64,000 bases of DNA from an uncultured Gemmatimonadaceae bacterium (GCA_963829055.1 CAWHHI010000020.1:576001-640000); one strand, 5' to 3'; shown: positions 42,778 through 55,404, counted from the first letter of the stretch. Notes: generated by a model from the sequence alone, not told the origin. Numbers and translations: made by a program.

Positions 42778-44200
42778 GTGGGCACCGCACTCGATCGTCT
42801 CTATTCGCCGGGTCGTCGGCCTGGCGGCACGGCACGACCAACCGGCGGATCTTCGCCGCGATGGTCGTGGTTGGCGCCGCCACGCTGTTGGCCAAGGTCG
42901 CTCGCGATGGCGAAGGACGTGGCGGTTGCCTCCTACTTCGGGACCTCCGACGCGGTCGACGCGTACTTCATCGCTTTGACGGTGCCGACGTTCGCGATCA
43001 ACGTGCTCGCCGGCTCGATTCCGGCCGCGCTGATCCCGGCGTACCTGCGCGTCCGGGAACGCGACGGTGTCGCCGGGGCCGGTCGCTTGTTAGGCAACGT
43101 GCTGATGCTCGCAGGCACGGCGATCGGCGTCTCGTGCCTCGTGCTTGCGCTTGCTCGCGCCCGTCCTCATGCCGATCGTGGGGGCACGGTTCAGCAGCTG
43201 AGAAGCTGGCGCTCACCCAGCACCTGTTCCTCCTCGTGCTTCCGGGGGTGCTCGTCTCCGGGATCTCAGGAATGTTCGCAGCCGTCCTCAACTCGCACGA
43301 ACGGTTTCTGCTTGCCGCGGCCACACCGGCGTTCATGTCGATCTTCAGTATCGCGTTTCTGGTCGCGGCGGCGGACCGTTGGGGGATCTACGCACTCGCG
43401 ATCGGCCTGACAGCCGGCTATGTCGCCGAGCTCGCCGTACTGACGTGGAGCCTGCGATCGAGGAACCTGCTGACGGTCCCGCGCCGAGCCAGCTGGCGTG
43501 ACCCCGACGTACAGCTCGTCCTCGGACAGTACGCGCCGCTCGTCATCGGCGGCGCGGTGATGAGCAGCTCGCCGCTGATCGACCAGGCAATGGCCGCGTC
43601 GCTCGGACCAGGCAGCGTCGCGCAGCTCGTCCTACGCGAGCAGGCTCGTCACCGCGGGGCTGGGCATCGGCGTGACGGCGCTGTCGACCGCGATCTTCCC
43701 GCACTTCTCGCGGATGGTGGCGGCCGGCGATTGGTCCGGGTTGCGTCATACGCTTCGCACGTATTCCCGTCTGGGCCTCGTGGCAGGGGCCCGTGTCGTC
43801 TTAGCTGATCGTCGCGTTCTCGGAACCACTCGTTAGGTTGGTCTTCGAGCGCGGCCAGTTCGTGGCGAGCGATACTCGAGCCGTGGCACACGTCCAGGCG
43901 CTCTACGCGCTCCAGATTCCGTTCTACGTGCTCGGCATCGTGGGTGTGCAACTCCTGCACGCGATCAGCGCGAACCGGGTGCTCATGTGGGTGAGCATCG
44001 GGAATTTCTTCACCAACATTATCGGGAACTACATCTTCATGCGGCTGTGGGGCGTGGCGGGAATCGCGGCGGCCACTTCCATGGTGTACGCCATTTCGAT
44101 GGTCGTGATCCTCACCGCTGTCGGAAAGCGCTTGCGCAGCCTCGAACGCGAGAGCTCGCCGCCGCGAACCACGCACCCTGACTCACGGGTGCCAGCATGA
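42778..44200 (+). CDS. MurJ/MviN-like lipid-linked oligosaccharide flippase (frameshifted)
   Basis: KDVAVASYFGTSDAVDAY, DQAMAASLGPGSV, STAIFP, LVFERGQF. Confidence 0.85.
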
Positions 44201-45465
44201 CAGCGCGTGACCTGGAGACGCAGGGCGGCATTGAGCCCGTTTCCGCTGAGCCTGCGCTGCCGTCTGCGGTCGTTCAAGAATCGCCTCGGCCGGCTAGCAC
44301 GCATCCGAGAGTGACGATGGTGATCTCATCGCTTCGCGCCGGAGGCGCCGAGCGTGTCCTCTCGCGAATGGCCAGTTACTGGGCCCAGCGCGACTGGCCG
44401 ATCACCTTGGTCACGCTCGAGCCAACCTCGGCCGATTTTTACCCCGTGCATTCCGAGGTCAAGCGGGTCGGGCTCGACGCCAGTGGAGTGTCGACGAGCC
44501 TCTGGCGCGCGCTCCGGAGCAATCGACACAGGGTACAACTAATTCGCCGCGCGATTCGCGCTTCGCGACCAGAGGTCGTGATCTCCTTCATGGTCCCGAC
44601 GACCATAATCACGCTCCTCGCCGCACGTCCGGAGCGTGTCCCGGTGATCGTCTCGGAGCGAACGGACCCGTCCCGCGCTCCGCTCGCTCGAATCTGGGCC
44701 GCGTTGCGACGGGTCACGTACCCGTGGGCGGTTGCGGTCGTGGTTCAGACACCGGATGTGGAACGTTGGGCTCACTCCTTTCTGAGAAAGGACCGGGTCC
44801 ACGTCATTCCGAATCCCGTCGCCGCTCCCCCGCCGCTCGATGCGAGCGCGCAGGCGAGCGCGACATCGATCGCGGTCGCGTCGCAGGCCGACGACGGCGC
44901 ATGTCATGTCCTATCAGTCGGCCGGATGGATGCAAACAAGGGATTCGATCTTCTCATCCGCGCGTTCGCACAGTGTCGTGCGAATCGACCCGCGTGGCAG
45001 CTGACGATTCTCGGTGACGGAAAGGAACGACCACGGTTGGAGGCGCTGGCAAAGGATCTCGGAGTTGCGTCGCACGTGCACTTGCCCGGCACCGTACGCG
45101 ACCCGACTCCAGCACTCTTCGGAGCCGACATGTTCGTGCTCTCGTCGCGATACGAAGGGTTCCCGAATGCGCTGCTCGAGGCGATGGCGGTGGGACTCCC
45201 GGTTATCGCCACGAATTCCCGTGGCCCCTCGCGCATTGTGCGCAACGACGTCGATGGCCTTCTCGTTCCCGTCGACGACGTCGCTGCGCTCGCCACCGCA
45301 ATGGCAGGGCTCATGGACGACGAGCCACGGCGACGGCGGCTCGGGCAACGCGCAACGGAAGTGGCCGAGCGGTTCAACGTCGACCGGATCATGGCGACGT
45401 GGGAAGCCGTGATCGCTGAAGTCTTGGTGCACCAGGCTTCCGGAAACGGGAGGAAACAGAGGTGA
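44197..45465 (+). CDS. Glycosyltransferase family 4
   Basis: SSLRAGGAERV, VIPNP, KGFDLLI, SSRYEGFPNALLEAM. Confidence 0.9.
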   Translation: MTARDLETQGGIEPVSAEPALPSAVVQESPRPASTHPRVTMVISSLRAGGAERVLSRMASYWAQRDWPITLVTLEPTSADFYPVHSEVKRVGLDASGVSTSLWRALRSNRHRVQLIRRAIRASRPEVVISFMVPTTIITLLAARPERVPVIVSERTDPSRAPLARIWAALRRVTYPWAVAVVVQTPDVERWAHSFLRKDRVHVIPNPVAAPPPLDASAQASATSIAVASQADDGACHVLSVGRMDANKGFDLLIRAFAQCRANRPAWQLTILGDGKERPRLEALAKDLGVASHVHLPGTVRDPTPALFGADMFVLSSRYEGFPNALLEAMAVGLPVIATNSRGPSRIVRNDVDGLLVPVDDVAALATAMAGLMDDEPRRRRLGQRATEVAERFNVDRIMATWEAVIAEVLVHQASGNGRKQR

Positions 45466-46403
45466 GCACGCACCAGTACCCCTTCACCGTGTTCACGCCG
45501 ACGCACAACCGTGCGCACACCCTCGACCGCGTGTACTCGAGCCTGGATGCCCAGACCTTCCGGGACTTCGAGTGGCTCATCGTGGACGACGGGTCCACTG
45601 ATGGTACGCCGGAGTTGGTGAGTCAGTGGCAGCAGCGAGCCGACTTTCCCATTCGGTACTTCTGGCAAGAGAAGCGCGGAAAACACGTCGCGTTCAACGC
45701 GGGTGCGCGCGAGGCCAAGGGGGAACTGTTCCTGCCGCTCGATTCGGACGACGCATGTGTGCCGGACGCGCTCGAGCGATTCCGCTACCACTGGGAATCC
45801 ATTCCGGCCGAGCAGCGGCATCGTTTCTCCGGCGTCACCGCGTTATGCAAGGACCAGCACGGCACTCTCGTCGGCAGCCCGTTTCCGTCCGCGGTGATCG
45901 ATTCGAACTCCCTCGAGATTCACTACCGATTTCACGTCAGCGGTGAAAAGTGGGGATTCCAACGAACGGAGGTGCTGCGCGAGTTCCCCTTCCCCGATCT
46001 CGGCGCGACCTACGTGCCGGAGAGCATCGTGTGGGGGAAGATCGCGCGCCGCTACGCGACGCGATTCGTGAATGACATTCTCAGGATCTACTACATCGGA
46101 GAGCCGTCGCTCATGTTCGGACAGCCCGCCGGCAGAAACGCCGCGGGTGGACGCCTGCAGCACCTCTCCGTCCTGAACGAGCAACTCGATTACCTTGGCG
46201 CGGCGCCGATCCAGTTCTTTGCGTCGGCCACGCACTACGCGCGTTTCTCGTTCCATCTCGGTGCGCCGATCACTCACCAGTTCGCGGACATCGAGACCGC
46301 CGGCGGGCGGCTGCTCTGGTCCCTTGCGGCTCCGACAGGCTGGCTGCTGTACCGGCGTGATGTGCACCGCGGGACCCGCCTAACGGGTACACCGCGTGCC
46401 TAG
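45462..46403 (+). CDS. Glycosyltransferase family 2
   Basis: VFTPTHNR, IVDDGSTD, GKH.AFN, LDSDD. Confidence 0.9.
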   Translation: MSTHQYPFTVFTPTHNRAHTLDRVYSSLDAQTFRDFEWLIVDDGSTDGTPELVSQWQQRADFPIRYFWQEKRGKHVAFNAGAREAKGELFLPLDSDDACVPDALERFRYHWESIPAEQRHRFSGVTALCKDQHGTLVGSPFPSAVIDSNSLEIHYRFHVSGEKWGFQRTEVLREFPFPDLGATYVPESIVWGKIARRYATRFVNDILRIYYIGEPSLMFGQPAGRNAAGGRLQHLSVLNEQLDYLGAAPIQFFASATHYARFSFHLGAPITHQFADIETAGGRLLWSLAAPTGWLLYRRDVHRGTRLTGTPRA

Positions 46404-47631
46404 CCCGAACGGCGCGGTGCAGACCGCTCGCTACCGGGCGGCCCCGGATCGCGCGCCGTCACCGACCAGTGGCGGTGCCGCTCCGGCCAGCACGCTGCGG
46501 ATCGCGTTCCTCATCAGGAGCCTCGGGTACGGTGGCGCCGAACGACAACTCGTCGTGCTGGCGAGTGCTCTGCGCGCGCGTGGGCACACAGTCTCGGTGC
46601 TCACGTTTTACCCGGGCGGCGAGTTGGAGCCGGAGCTCCGTAACGCCGGCGTTCGAGTGCGGTCGCTCGAGAAGCGCGGCCGTTGGGACATCGCGACGTT
46701 TCTCGCGAGCCTGCGGCGTGCACTGCGCGAGGAGTCGCCTGACGTCCTGCACAGCTACCTGGTGGTCCCGAACATCGTCGCGGCGACGATCCGGCCACTG
46801 TTCCCCGGGGCCCGCGTGGTCTGGGGCGAACGAGCCTCGAACATGGACCTCAGCCACTACGACTGGGTGTCGCGTTTCTCGAGCGGCCTGGCACGCCGAC
46901 TGTGCCGCGTCCCGGACCTGCTCATCGTCAATTCGCGGGCCGGCTTCGAATACGCGGTCGCTCGCGGATACCCGCGCGAAAAGATGCTCGTCATTCCGAA
47001 CGGGATCGACACCGAGCGCTTCGCGCCGGATGCAGCCGCGAGACGCCGTGTCCGGGACGAGTGGCAGGTGAGTGGCATCGAGCGCTTGGTGGGCCTCGTG
47101 GGGCGCCTCGACCCGGTGAAGGACCACCGAACGTTTCTCAACGCCGCCGCGCAAGCGGGGCGGGATCTCAACGGCGTGAGATTCGTCTGCGTCGGCGACG
47201 GCGACCCGCGATATCGCAGCGAGATGCAGCAGACGGCAACCGCGCTCGGCATTGGTGATCGCGTGAGTTGGGTCGGCGCTCGTGCGGACATGCCGGCGGT
47301 GTACAACGCACTCGACATCGCCTGCCTCTCGTCCGCGTCGGAAGGATTTCCGAACGTACTTGCGGAAGCGATGGCCTGCGGGATTCCGTCGGTCACGACC
47401 GACGTTGGTGACTGTGCGTGGCTGATGCCGCGCCCGGATCTCATCGCTCCGCCCGGTGACGCAACCGCGCTGGCGACGCGAATGAGATCGTTGCTCGACT
47501 CCGAGCCACGAGAGACGGCAGCGATCGGCCGCGAGCTGCGTGAGCGCATCGTCGAGCACTTTTCCGTCGCGAGCCTTGTCAGCAACACGGAGCAGGCGCT
47601 GTTCGGCCTGTTCGGGAGGGCACCGGCGTGA
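46396..47631 (+). CDS. Glycosyltransferase family 4
   Basis: GGAERQL, IPNGID, GRLDPVKDH, EGFPNVLAEAMACG. Confidence 0.9.
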   Translation: MPSPNGAVQTARYRAAPDRAPSPTSGGAAPASTLRIAFLIRSLGYGGAERQLVVLASALRARGHTVSVLTFYPGGELEPELRNAGVRVRSLEKRGRWDIATFLASLRRALREESPDVLHSYLVVPNIVAATIRPLFPGARVVWGERASNMDLSHYDWVSRFSSGLARRLCRVPDLLIVNSRAGFEYAVARGYPREKMLVIPNGIDTERFAPDAAARRRVRDEWQVSGIERLVGLVGRLDPVKDHRTFLNAAAQAGRDLNGVRFVCVGDGDPRYRSEMQQTATALGIGDRVSWVGARADMPAVYNALDIACLSSASEGFPNVLAEAMACGIPSVTTDVGDCAWLMPRPDLIAPPGDATALATRMRSLLDSEPRETAAIGRELRERIVEHFSVASLVSNTEQALFGLFGRAPA

Positions 47632-48913
47632 GGCTCCGGACGTTGAAGCAGTTGCCGTCGGTCGTACTCATGTCTGGGCTCTTCGCGGTATTCATCAGCT
47701 ACCTCGACAACTACCTCGAGGCGCGACAGGCGCTCCCGTTCCTCAACGTGACGATGTTTCTGTGGAGCCTCACGGCGATGACGGCCGGTAGTGTCGTACG
47801 AGCCGCGGCATCGCTGCGCGAGCGCTCGCGACTGCTTGGACTCTACCGCATGCACGTCGCCGTGCTCTTTCCACTCGGCGCGGTGGTCGTGTTCTCGTTC
47901 ATGAGTGCATTTCTCCCGGCAGCCAACCTCGATGACGGCCCGCGGTGGGTCCTCTATCCGGCGTACAACGCCGCGATCGTCGTGCTCTCGATGCTGCTGC
48001 CGCTTCCGGAGCATCACCGGAAGTTTTTCCGCTGGTACCTGCTCATCGCGTTCGTGCTCGCCGCGGCGAGCGTGTTCGTCGACGTCCTTCGTCCCGGCAC
48101 ATTCTCCATCCTCCCCGACCGAGCTGCCGGGTTTGCCCGGAACCCGAATGGTGGTGCGTTCCTGCTCATAGCGCTCTGCTGCTTCGCTGATCGTTTTCGA
48201 TCGCGTGCGTGGTCTGGATCTGGTCGTTCTGGGGGTGACGGCGCTCGGCGTGCTCGCCACCCTGTCACGCGGCGGGGCCCTGCTTCTCGCGTTCGTCGTC
48301 TGCTGTTACACACCCTGTGTCGTTAGGTCCGCCGCGCGACGCGGGGTTCGTGTCCTCGTCACGCGCGTGGCGGCGCTCCTGTTGCTGGGCGCCGGAACCT
48401 ACTTCGGCATCACGCGCCTGATCAGTCAGCGGATGTTCGCCTCCGGATCTCGCATGGGCATGCTGAGTGGCAAGCAGGAAATCGTCGGCCCCCGCGAGTC
48501 GAGGATCGGGCTGGTCGCGGAGTCGTGGGAGCTGGTGCAGCAAGCGCCAATGCTCGGCTACGGCAGCGGCTTCACCTATACGATGGAGCAGGGGCCGCAC
48601 AACATCTATCTCAGTCGCTGGCTCGACAACGGCCTGGCCGGCGTCGTGAGCTACGTCTGGCTCATCGCCGCGGCGTGCCTAACGTTTCTGGCGACGCCGG
48701 TACACCCCCGGCCTCGTGTTCATTGGAGCCGTGGCCATCCAGGGCTTCTTCAGTCACAACCTCCTCGAGGAGCGAGTGTTTCTGCTGCTGCTTGGTGTCC
48801 TCTTGACCATGTCACTGTTTAACGCGACTGAACGCGCCGTGGTGCCTCTGGCGCCTCAGCGCGCGCCGCATCGCGTCCGGCCCGCGCTTCGGTCTCCGCG
48901 ACCGCGGCGCTGA
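47628..48913 (+). CDS. O-antigen ligase / Wzy-like polymerase (frameshifted)
   Basis: Multi-TM; RAAGFARNPN, TLSRGG, GYGSG, PHNIYL. Confidence 0.75.
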
Positions 48914-48972
48914 CGCGCACCCTGCTCCTGTCTCGCTCACACAGGCGAGATCACCCGGTCCCCGGTAGCGCT

Positions 48973-50869
48973 ATGTGTGGAATTGCGGGACTACGCCTCC
49001 GGGACCCAGCCGGACTCGACGCCGCCGAGGAGCGGATGGAACGCATGCTCGCGCGCCTCTCCCATCGCGGGCCTGACGACGCAGGCACGTGGGTAGATCG
49101 TCCAGCCGGCGTTCTCCTCGGACATCGCCGCCTGGCCGTCATCGACATCTCTCCGCTCGGACATCAGCCGATGGTGTCTGACGACGGACGGCTGGCGATC
49201 GTGTTCAACGGCGAGATCTACAACTTCCCCGAGCTGCGCCGAGAGCTCGAAGCGCACGGTGTGCGGTTCAGGTCGACCTCGGACACCGAGGTGCTGCTGT
49301 ACGGGTATCGCGAGTGGGGCGAGCACGTCGTGGATCGACTTGTCGGCATGTACGCCTTCGCCATCTGGGACGCGGCGACGGACCGGCTGTTCCTGGCCCG
49401 CGATCGCACCGGCGAGAAGCCGCTGTACTATGCGAACGGCCCATGGGGCTTCGCGTTCGCATCGGAGGTGGCAGCGCTCACCGAGTTGCCGGATGTGAGC
49501 GACGAGATCGACCAGGAGGCACTCTCGCTGTACCTGCAGTATCAGTACGTTCCCGCGCCGCACTCGATCTATCGCGGCATTCGGAAGCTGCCGCCGGGCC
49601 ATGCCATGCGGGTCCAGAATGGGCGCGTCACCGCCTGGCGGTATTGGGATCCAGTGCCGCTGGCAGCGGGGCCGCGTCTCGCCATCAGCGAAGCCGACGC
49701 CACCGCGCAACTGGAGTCGCTCCTGCGCACCGCCGTGCGCGGACAGATGATCGCCGACGTGCCGCTCGGCGCCTTTCTCTCGGGAGGGATCGACTCCACG
49801 GCGGTGGTGAGCCTGATGGTGGAGCTCAGCACCATCCCCGTGCGGACGTTCACCGTCGGCTTCGATGATCCCAGGTTCGACGAATCCAAGCACGCGAGCG
49901 CGGTGGCCAAGGTCCTCGGCACCGATCACACCGTGGAGTACCTGACGGAGCGTGACGCCCTCGAGCTCATCCCCACCGTGCCGCAGAATGTACGGCGAGC
50001 CGTTCGCGGACCCGTCCGCACTGCCGACACATCTCGTCGCGCGGACGGCGCGGCGACACGTGACCGTCAGCCTCTCCGGGGACGGCGGCGATGAGGCGTT
50101 AGGCGGCTACCATCGCTACCAGCATTTGGCGATCGCGTCGCTCGTAGCGGGACCGCGCAGCGTCGGTCGTCTTTTTCAGCCGGCCTTGGCGCGGCTTCCG
50201 GGCAAGGTCGGTCGGGCAGCGGCGCTCCTGTCGCTCCCGCCGAGCGAGGTCTACCGACGGTTCGTCTCGTTTTTCGCGCCTGCTGACGTGCGGTCGCTGA
50301 CCGGGGCCACGACAAGGTACGAAGAGTACGATCGCGCATGGAGCTCCACGCTCGGCCGCCCGGTGCGACAGCGCGCAATGTTGTCTGACCTGCTCACCTA
50401 CCTCCCCGAGGCCATCCTCGTCAAAGTCGATCGGGCCGCGATGGCGACCTCGCTCGAGACCCGCGCACCGTTGCTCGACCACCGCGTTCTGGAGTTCACG
50501 CTCCGCCTGCCTGCACACCTCGTTCACGGCAAGCGGTTGTTGAAGCGACTCGTGTACCGACGCGTACCGCGCGAGATCATGGATCGCCCAAAACAGGGTT
50601 TCGGCGTCCCGCTCGGCCGATGGTTCCGGGGCGAGCTCAGGCCGATGGTGCTGGACACGCTGACTCCGGACCGCTTGCGAACGGCCGGGATCCAGGACGC
50701 CAGCGTAGCGCTCCAAATCATCGAGCAGCACATGTCGGGACGCGTGGACCATTCCGCTCGTATCTGGGCGCTGCTCGTGCTTGCCATGTGGAGCGATGCG
50801 CGTCATGAGCGACGTTCCCAATCGCCATTTCGCATCGGGCAGGCGCTGGCTCCGGCGCAGCCTGGTTAG
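48973..50869 (+). CDS. asnB: Asparagine synthase-like amidotransferase 2 (frameshift near 49985)
   Basis: MCGIAG, HRGPD, FLSGGIDS, SGDGGDE, KVDRAAM..SLETRAP. Confidence 0.9.
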
Positions 50870-50890
50870 CCCAGCAATCGGTCGCGCCCC

Positions 50891-52070
50891 ATGATCACGG
50901 TCGCTCACGTCATCACCGGCCTCGGGCAGGGTGGAGCGGAGATGATGCTGCTCAAGCTTCTCCAGCAGACCGACCGCACGCAGTTCTCGGTGCGGGTGGT
51001 ATCACTGCTGGACCCGCCCGGTCCCGTCGCGGACCGCGTGCGGGCACTCGGCATCCCCGTCGACGCGTTAGGCATCGGCCGTCGCGTCCCCAACCCCGCC
51101 GGGCTGTGGCGTCTCGCCCGCCTCCTCCGCGCCACGCGCCCCGACGTCGTACAGACGTGGATGTACCACGGTGATCTCGTCGGGGGGCTAGCCGCCAAGC
51201 TCGCATCCATCCGCCTGCCGGTCATCTGGAACATCCGGCAGAGCAACTTCGACGCGAACCACAGCCGGCGCCGCACGATCCAGCTCGCACGACTCTGCGC
51301 CGCGCTCTCGTCTCGCCTTCCGTGCAAGATCCTCTGCTGCTCGGACGTCGCTCGTCGCGTTCACGTGGCGATGGGCTACGATGCAGTCCAAGATGCAGGT
51401 CATACCGAACGGGTTCGATCTGGTCGCATTTCGGCCCGATTCGGCCGCGCGCGTCGCGCTCCGTGCCGAGCTCGGGCTCCCGGCCGATGCCGCCCTGATC
51501 GGCATGGTGGCGAGACTCGACCCACAGAAGGACCACGGAACGTTCCTCGCCGCCGCGACACGGCTGCACGCCCGGCTGCCTAACGTCCATTACATCCTCT
51601 GTGGCGCCGGCATCGACACCGCCAACGCCGACCTGGCCATGGCGATCGATCGCGCGGGATTGACTGCCGTGTGCCACTTACTCGGACAGCGGAACGACAT
51701 TGCCCGAGTCACGGCCGCCCTGGATCTCGCGACCCTCTCCTCGGCATACGGCGAGGGCTTTCCCAACGTGCTTGGCGAAGCGATGGCATGCGAGGTCCCC
51801 TGCGTCGCCACGGACGTGGGGGACTCTGCGCACGTGATCGGTGACACGGGTCGGGTCGTACCACCTCGCGATCCCGACGCACTGGCGAGCGCGTGGAGCG
51901 AGATGTTCGCCGCCGGGGAAACCGCACTTCACGCGCTCGGCCAGCGAGCGCGACGCCGCATTGTCGATAACTTCTCGATCGCGAGGGTGACGCGCACGTA
52001 CGAAGCGACGTATCAGTCCGTAGTGACCTCGGCCCTTCGTTCGCGCCAACCACTTCCCCGGCTGTCGTAG
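50891..52070 (+). CDS. Glycosyltransferase family 4 (frameshift near 51385)
   Basis: GGAEMML, QTWMYH, IPNGFD, EGFPNVLGEAMAC. Confidence 0.88.
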
Positions 52071-52071
52071 C

Positions 52072-54084
52072 ATGTGCGGAATAGCAGGCTTCTGGCGACA
52101 CGGTCCGATGGGAGACGATCCCCACTCCACGGCTCGGCGCATGGCCGCGGCGCTTGCGCATCGCGGGCCCGACGCCGAGGGCACGTGGGTCGACGAATAC
52201 GCCGGGATCGCGCTCACGCACCGGCGACTTTCCATCATCGACCTCTCGCCTCTCGGCAGTCAGCCGATGGTCTCGCCGGGAGGACGCTTCGTCATTGTCT
52301 TCAACGGCGAGGTGTACAACTACGCCGCATTGCGTAAAGAGCTCGAGGCGGGCGCCAATCCGGTCGTAACCTTCCGCGGTCACTCGGATACGGAGGTGAT
52401 GCTCGCCGCCATTGAAGCATGGGGTCTCGAAGCCGCTGTGCGTCGATTCGTGGGCATGTTCGCGTTCGCCCTGTGGGATCGGCAACAACACACGCTATGC
52501 CTCGTCCGCGATCGGCTGGGCATCAAGCCGCTGTACTACGGGTGGGGCGGCAACACGCTGTTGTTCGGCTCGGAGCTTCGAGCATTCACCGCCCACCCGG
52601 ACTTTCGAGGTGAGATCGACCGGAGCGCTGTCGCTCTCCTTCTCAAGCACAACTGCATCCCCGCGCCTCACTGCATTTATCGGGGCGTCTACAAGCTCCC
52701 TCCGGGATCGATCCTCACGTTAGGCAGCCCGGACTCGCGGGACACTTCGCCGGTCGCGTACTGGTCAGCGCGAGACGTCGCCGAGCGAGGCACGAGCGAT
52801 CCGTTCATGGGCACCGAGACGGAGGCGGTCGATCAGCTCGATACCCTGCTCCGAGAAGCGGTCTCACTCCGCATGATCGCGGACGTGCCCATCGGCGCGT
52901 TTCTGTCCGGGGGGCTGGATTCTTCGACGGTCGTCGCGCTCATGCAGGCGCAGAGTAGCCGACCGATCAAGACGTTTACGATCGGATCGACGGACGCGGG
53001 CTTCGACGAATCACGCCACGCACGCACGGTGGCGCGCCACCTCGGAACGGATCACACCGAGCTCGTAGTTACGCCCGAGGACGCGCTCGCCGTGATTCCA
53101 CGGCTTCCGACGCTATATGACGAACCGTTCGCTGACTCCTCGCAGATACCGACGTATCTCATCTCGGCGTTGACCCGACGCGACGTGACAGTCGCGCTCT
53201 CGGGCGATGGCGGCGACGAGCTGTTCGCCGGCTACAATCGGCACGTCTGGGCGAACCGCGTGTGGGCGGGAACGCGGTGGTTGCCGCGCGCCGTTCGGAA
53301 CGCACAGGCGAGCGCCATCACCGCGATCTCGCCGCGCACGTGGGACAGGTTGTTCGAGCGCGCGAGTCCTGTGATTCCGCGTGGGCTACGGTTCGGCACC
53401 CCGGGCTACAAGCTGCACAAGTTGGCTGGGGTCCTTTCCGCCCCGAGCCAGGAGGAGATCTACAACCGCCTGTCGTCGCACTGGGAAGCTCCGCTCTCCG
53501 TGGTGCTCGGAGCAACCGACCTTACGGCCGCGACGCCCGAGCCGGCCAGCCGCACGGCAGTGCCCAGCTTCATTGAGAAGATGTTGTACCTGGACCTCGT
53601 CACGTATCTGCCAGACGACATTCTGACGAAGGTAGACCGCGCGAGCATGGCTGTGGGGCTGGAAGCACGAGTGCCGATCCTCGACCATCGCGTCGTCGAG
53701 TTCGCGTGGCGCCTGCCGCTCTCCATGAAGTACCGAGACGGAACGAGCAAGTGGGTCTTGCGGCAAGTCCTCTACCGCTACGTGCCTCGGTCGCTCGTCG
53801 AGCGGCCGAAAGCCGGATTTGGCATTCCACTGGGTTCGTGGCTGCGCGGCCCGTTGCGGGAATGGGCCGAAGAGCTGTTAGACGAACGGCGTCTCGTCAG
53901 TGAGGGGTTCTTCAACCCGACGACGATCCGGCAGCGCTGGCAGGAGCACCTCACGGGAAAGAGAGGCTGGGAATACCATCTGTGGGATGTGCTGATGTTC
54001 CAGGCCTGGCTCGAGTCATCGCGGGCTTCGAATCCACCGTCGCACGCACGCCTGCCCGTCGATGCCGCTCAACCGGTCGGCTGA
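52072..54084 (+). CDS. asnB: Asparagine synthase-like amidotransferase 3 (WbpS-like)
   Basis: Intact 670 aa; MCGIAG, FLSGGLDSS, DEPFADSSQIPT, SGDGGDE. Confidence 0.92.
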   Translation: MCGIAGFWRHGPMGDDPHSTARRMAAALAHRGPDAEGTWVDEYAGIALTHRRLSIIDLSPLGSQPMVSPGGRFVIVFNGEVYNYAALRKELEAGANPVVTFRGHSDTEVMLAAIEAWGLEAAVRRFVGMFAFALWDRQQHTLCLVRDRLGIKPLYYGWGGNTLLFGSELRAFTAHPDFRGEIDRSAVALLLKHNCIPAPHCIYRGVYKLPPGSILTLGSPDSRDTSPVAYWSARDVAERGTSDPFMGTETEAVDQLDTLLREAVSLRMIADVPIGAFLSGGLDSSTVVALMQAQSSRPIKTFTIGSTDAGFDESRHARTVARHLGTDHTELVVTPEDALAVIPRLPTLYDEPFADSSQIPTYLISALTRRDVTVALSGDGGDELFAGYNRHVWANRVWAGTRWLPRAVRNAQASAITAISPRTWDRLFERASPVIPRGLRFGTPGYKLHKLAGVLSAPSQEEIYNRLSSHWEAPLSVVLGATDLTAATPEPASRTAVPSFIEKMLYLDLVTYLPDDILTKVDRASMAVGLEARVPILDHRVVEFAWRLPLSMKYRDGTSKWVLRQVLYRYVPRSLVERPKAGFGIPLGSWLRGPLREWAEELLDERRLVSEGFFNPTTIRQRWQEHLTGKRGWEYHLWDVLMFQAWLESSRASNPPSHARLPVDAAQPVG

Positions 54085-55404
54085 CAACGAGGCGTTGCCT
54101 GCGTCGGTTCTGTCGGGACCAACCGGCGAGCGCCGCGGACGATCGCATTCGACTCGTTCACATTACTACCGTACCCGAATCGCTGAATTTCCTCGCCGGG
54201 CAGGTGGGGTACATGACGGCGCGCGGCTTGAGCGTCACTGCGGTCTCGTCGCCGGGCAGCGAGCTCGGTGCCTTCGGGGCTCGCGAGGCCGTGCCGACAT
54301 ACGCCGTCGCAATGGCGCGGCGCATCACGCCGCTGCGCGATCTGATCTCCATATGGCAGATCTACCGCGTGCTGCGGCGCATCCGCCCGCACATTGTCCA
54401 CGCCCAGACCCCGAAGGGCGGTCTTCTGGGCACAATCGCCGCGTGGCTCGCCGGCGTACGCGTCCGCGTCTATCACATCCGCGGGCTGCCTCTCATGACC
54501 GCAACGGGTGCGCGCCGACGCCTGTTGTGGACCACGGAGCGAATCGCCTGCGGACTGTCTCACGCGGTACTCTGTGTCAGCCATTCGGTGCGTGACGTCG
54601 CTATCGCCGAGCGGCTGTGCGCGCCGGGCAAGATCACGGTCCTGCTCGGAGGTAGCGGTAACGGAGTCGATGCGGAGGGGCGCTTCGATCCGCGCCATGA
54701 GCCCGACCGCCGCGACACGCACGCGGGAACGCCTCGGCATCCCGCCTAACGCGGACGTGATCGGATACGTCGGGCGCATCGTCCGGGACAAAGGCGTGGT
54801 CGAGCTCGTGCGCGCGTGGTCGGCGCTGCGCAATGCCTATCCGAACGCGCGGCTGCTGATCGTCGGGCCGTTTGAACCGCAGGATCCGATTCCGCGCGAC
54901 GTCGAGGACATCCTTCGTGGCGACCCGCGCGTTCACCTGACAGGGCAGGTGCATGAGACAGCGCCACTGTACGCAGCCATGGACCTCGTCGTCCTGCCGA
55001 CGTACCGCGAGGGGTTTCCCAACGTGCCGCTCGAAGCGGCATCGATGGGACTCCCGGTAGTCGCGACGCGTGTCCCAGGCTGCACGGACGCGGTGGAGGA
55101 CGGGGTGACCGGAACACTCGTCGCCCCGCGGGACTCGGGGGCGCTCGCCGATGCCGTCGGGGCATACTTGCGAGACAGCGACCGCCGAAGCGCGCATGGG
55201 AGCGCCGGACGCCGGCGCGTGCTGCTCGAGTTCCGTCGCGAGTTGATATGGGACGCGCTGTACGCCCATTACATCACGCTGCTGAAACGACACGGCCGCA
55301 CTGGGCCCCGGATGCCACGAGTCCCGGTTGGCGAGGTGCCACCGGGACTCGGGAATCGGGCTGCAACACCCGAGGAAACACCAGAGGACGCGACGTATCG
55401 TTAG
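54062..55404 (+). CDS. Glycosyltransferase family 4 (frameshifted; start approximate)
   Basis: HITTVP.SL, TPKGGLLG, GSGNGVD, GRIVRDKG, PTYREGFPNVPLEAA. Confidence 0.88.

Noticed and set aside
40617..43808. Wzc-MurJ fusion protein (1063-aa ORF)
   Set aside because: The ORF passes through out-of-frame stretches; it is a product of compensating frameshifts in two separate genes.
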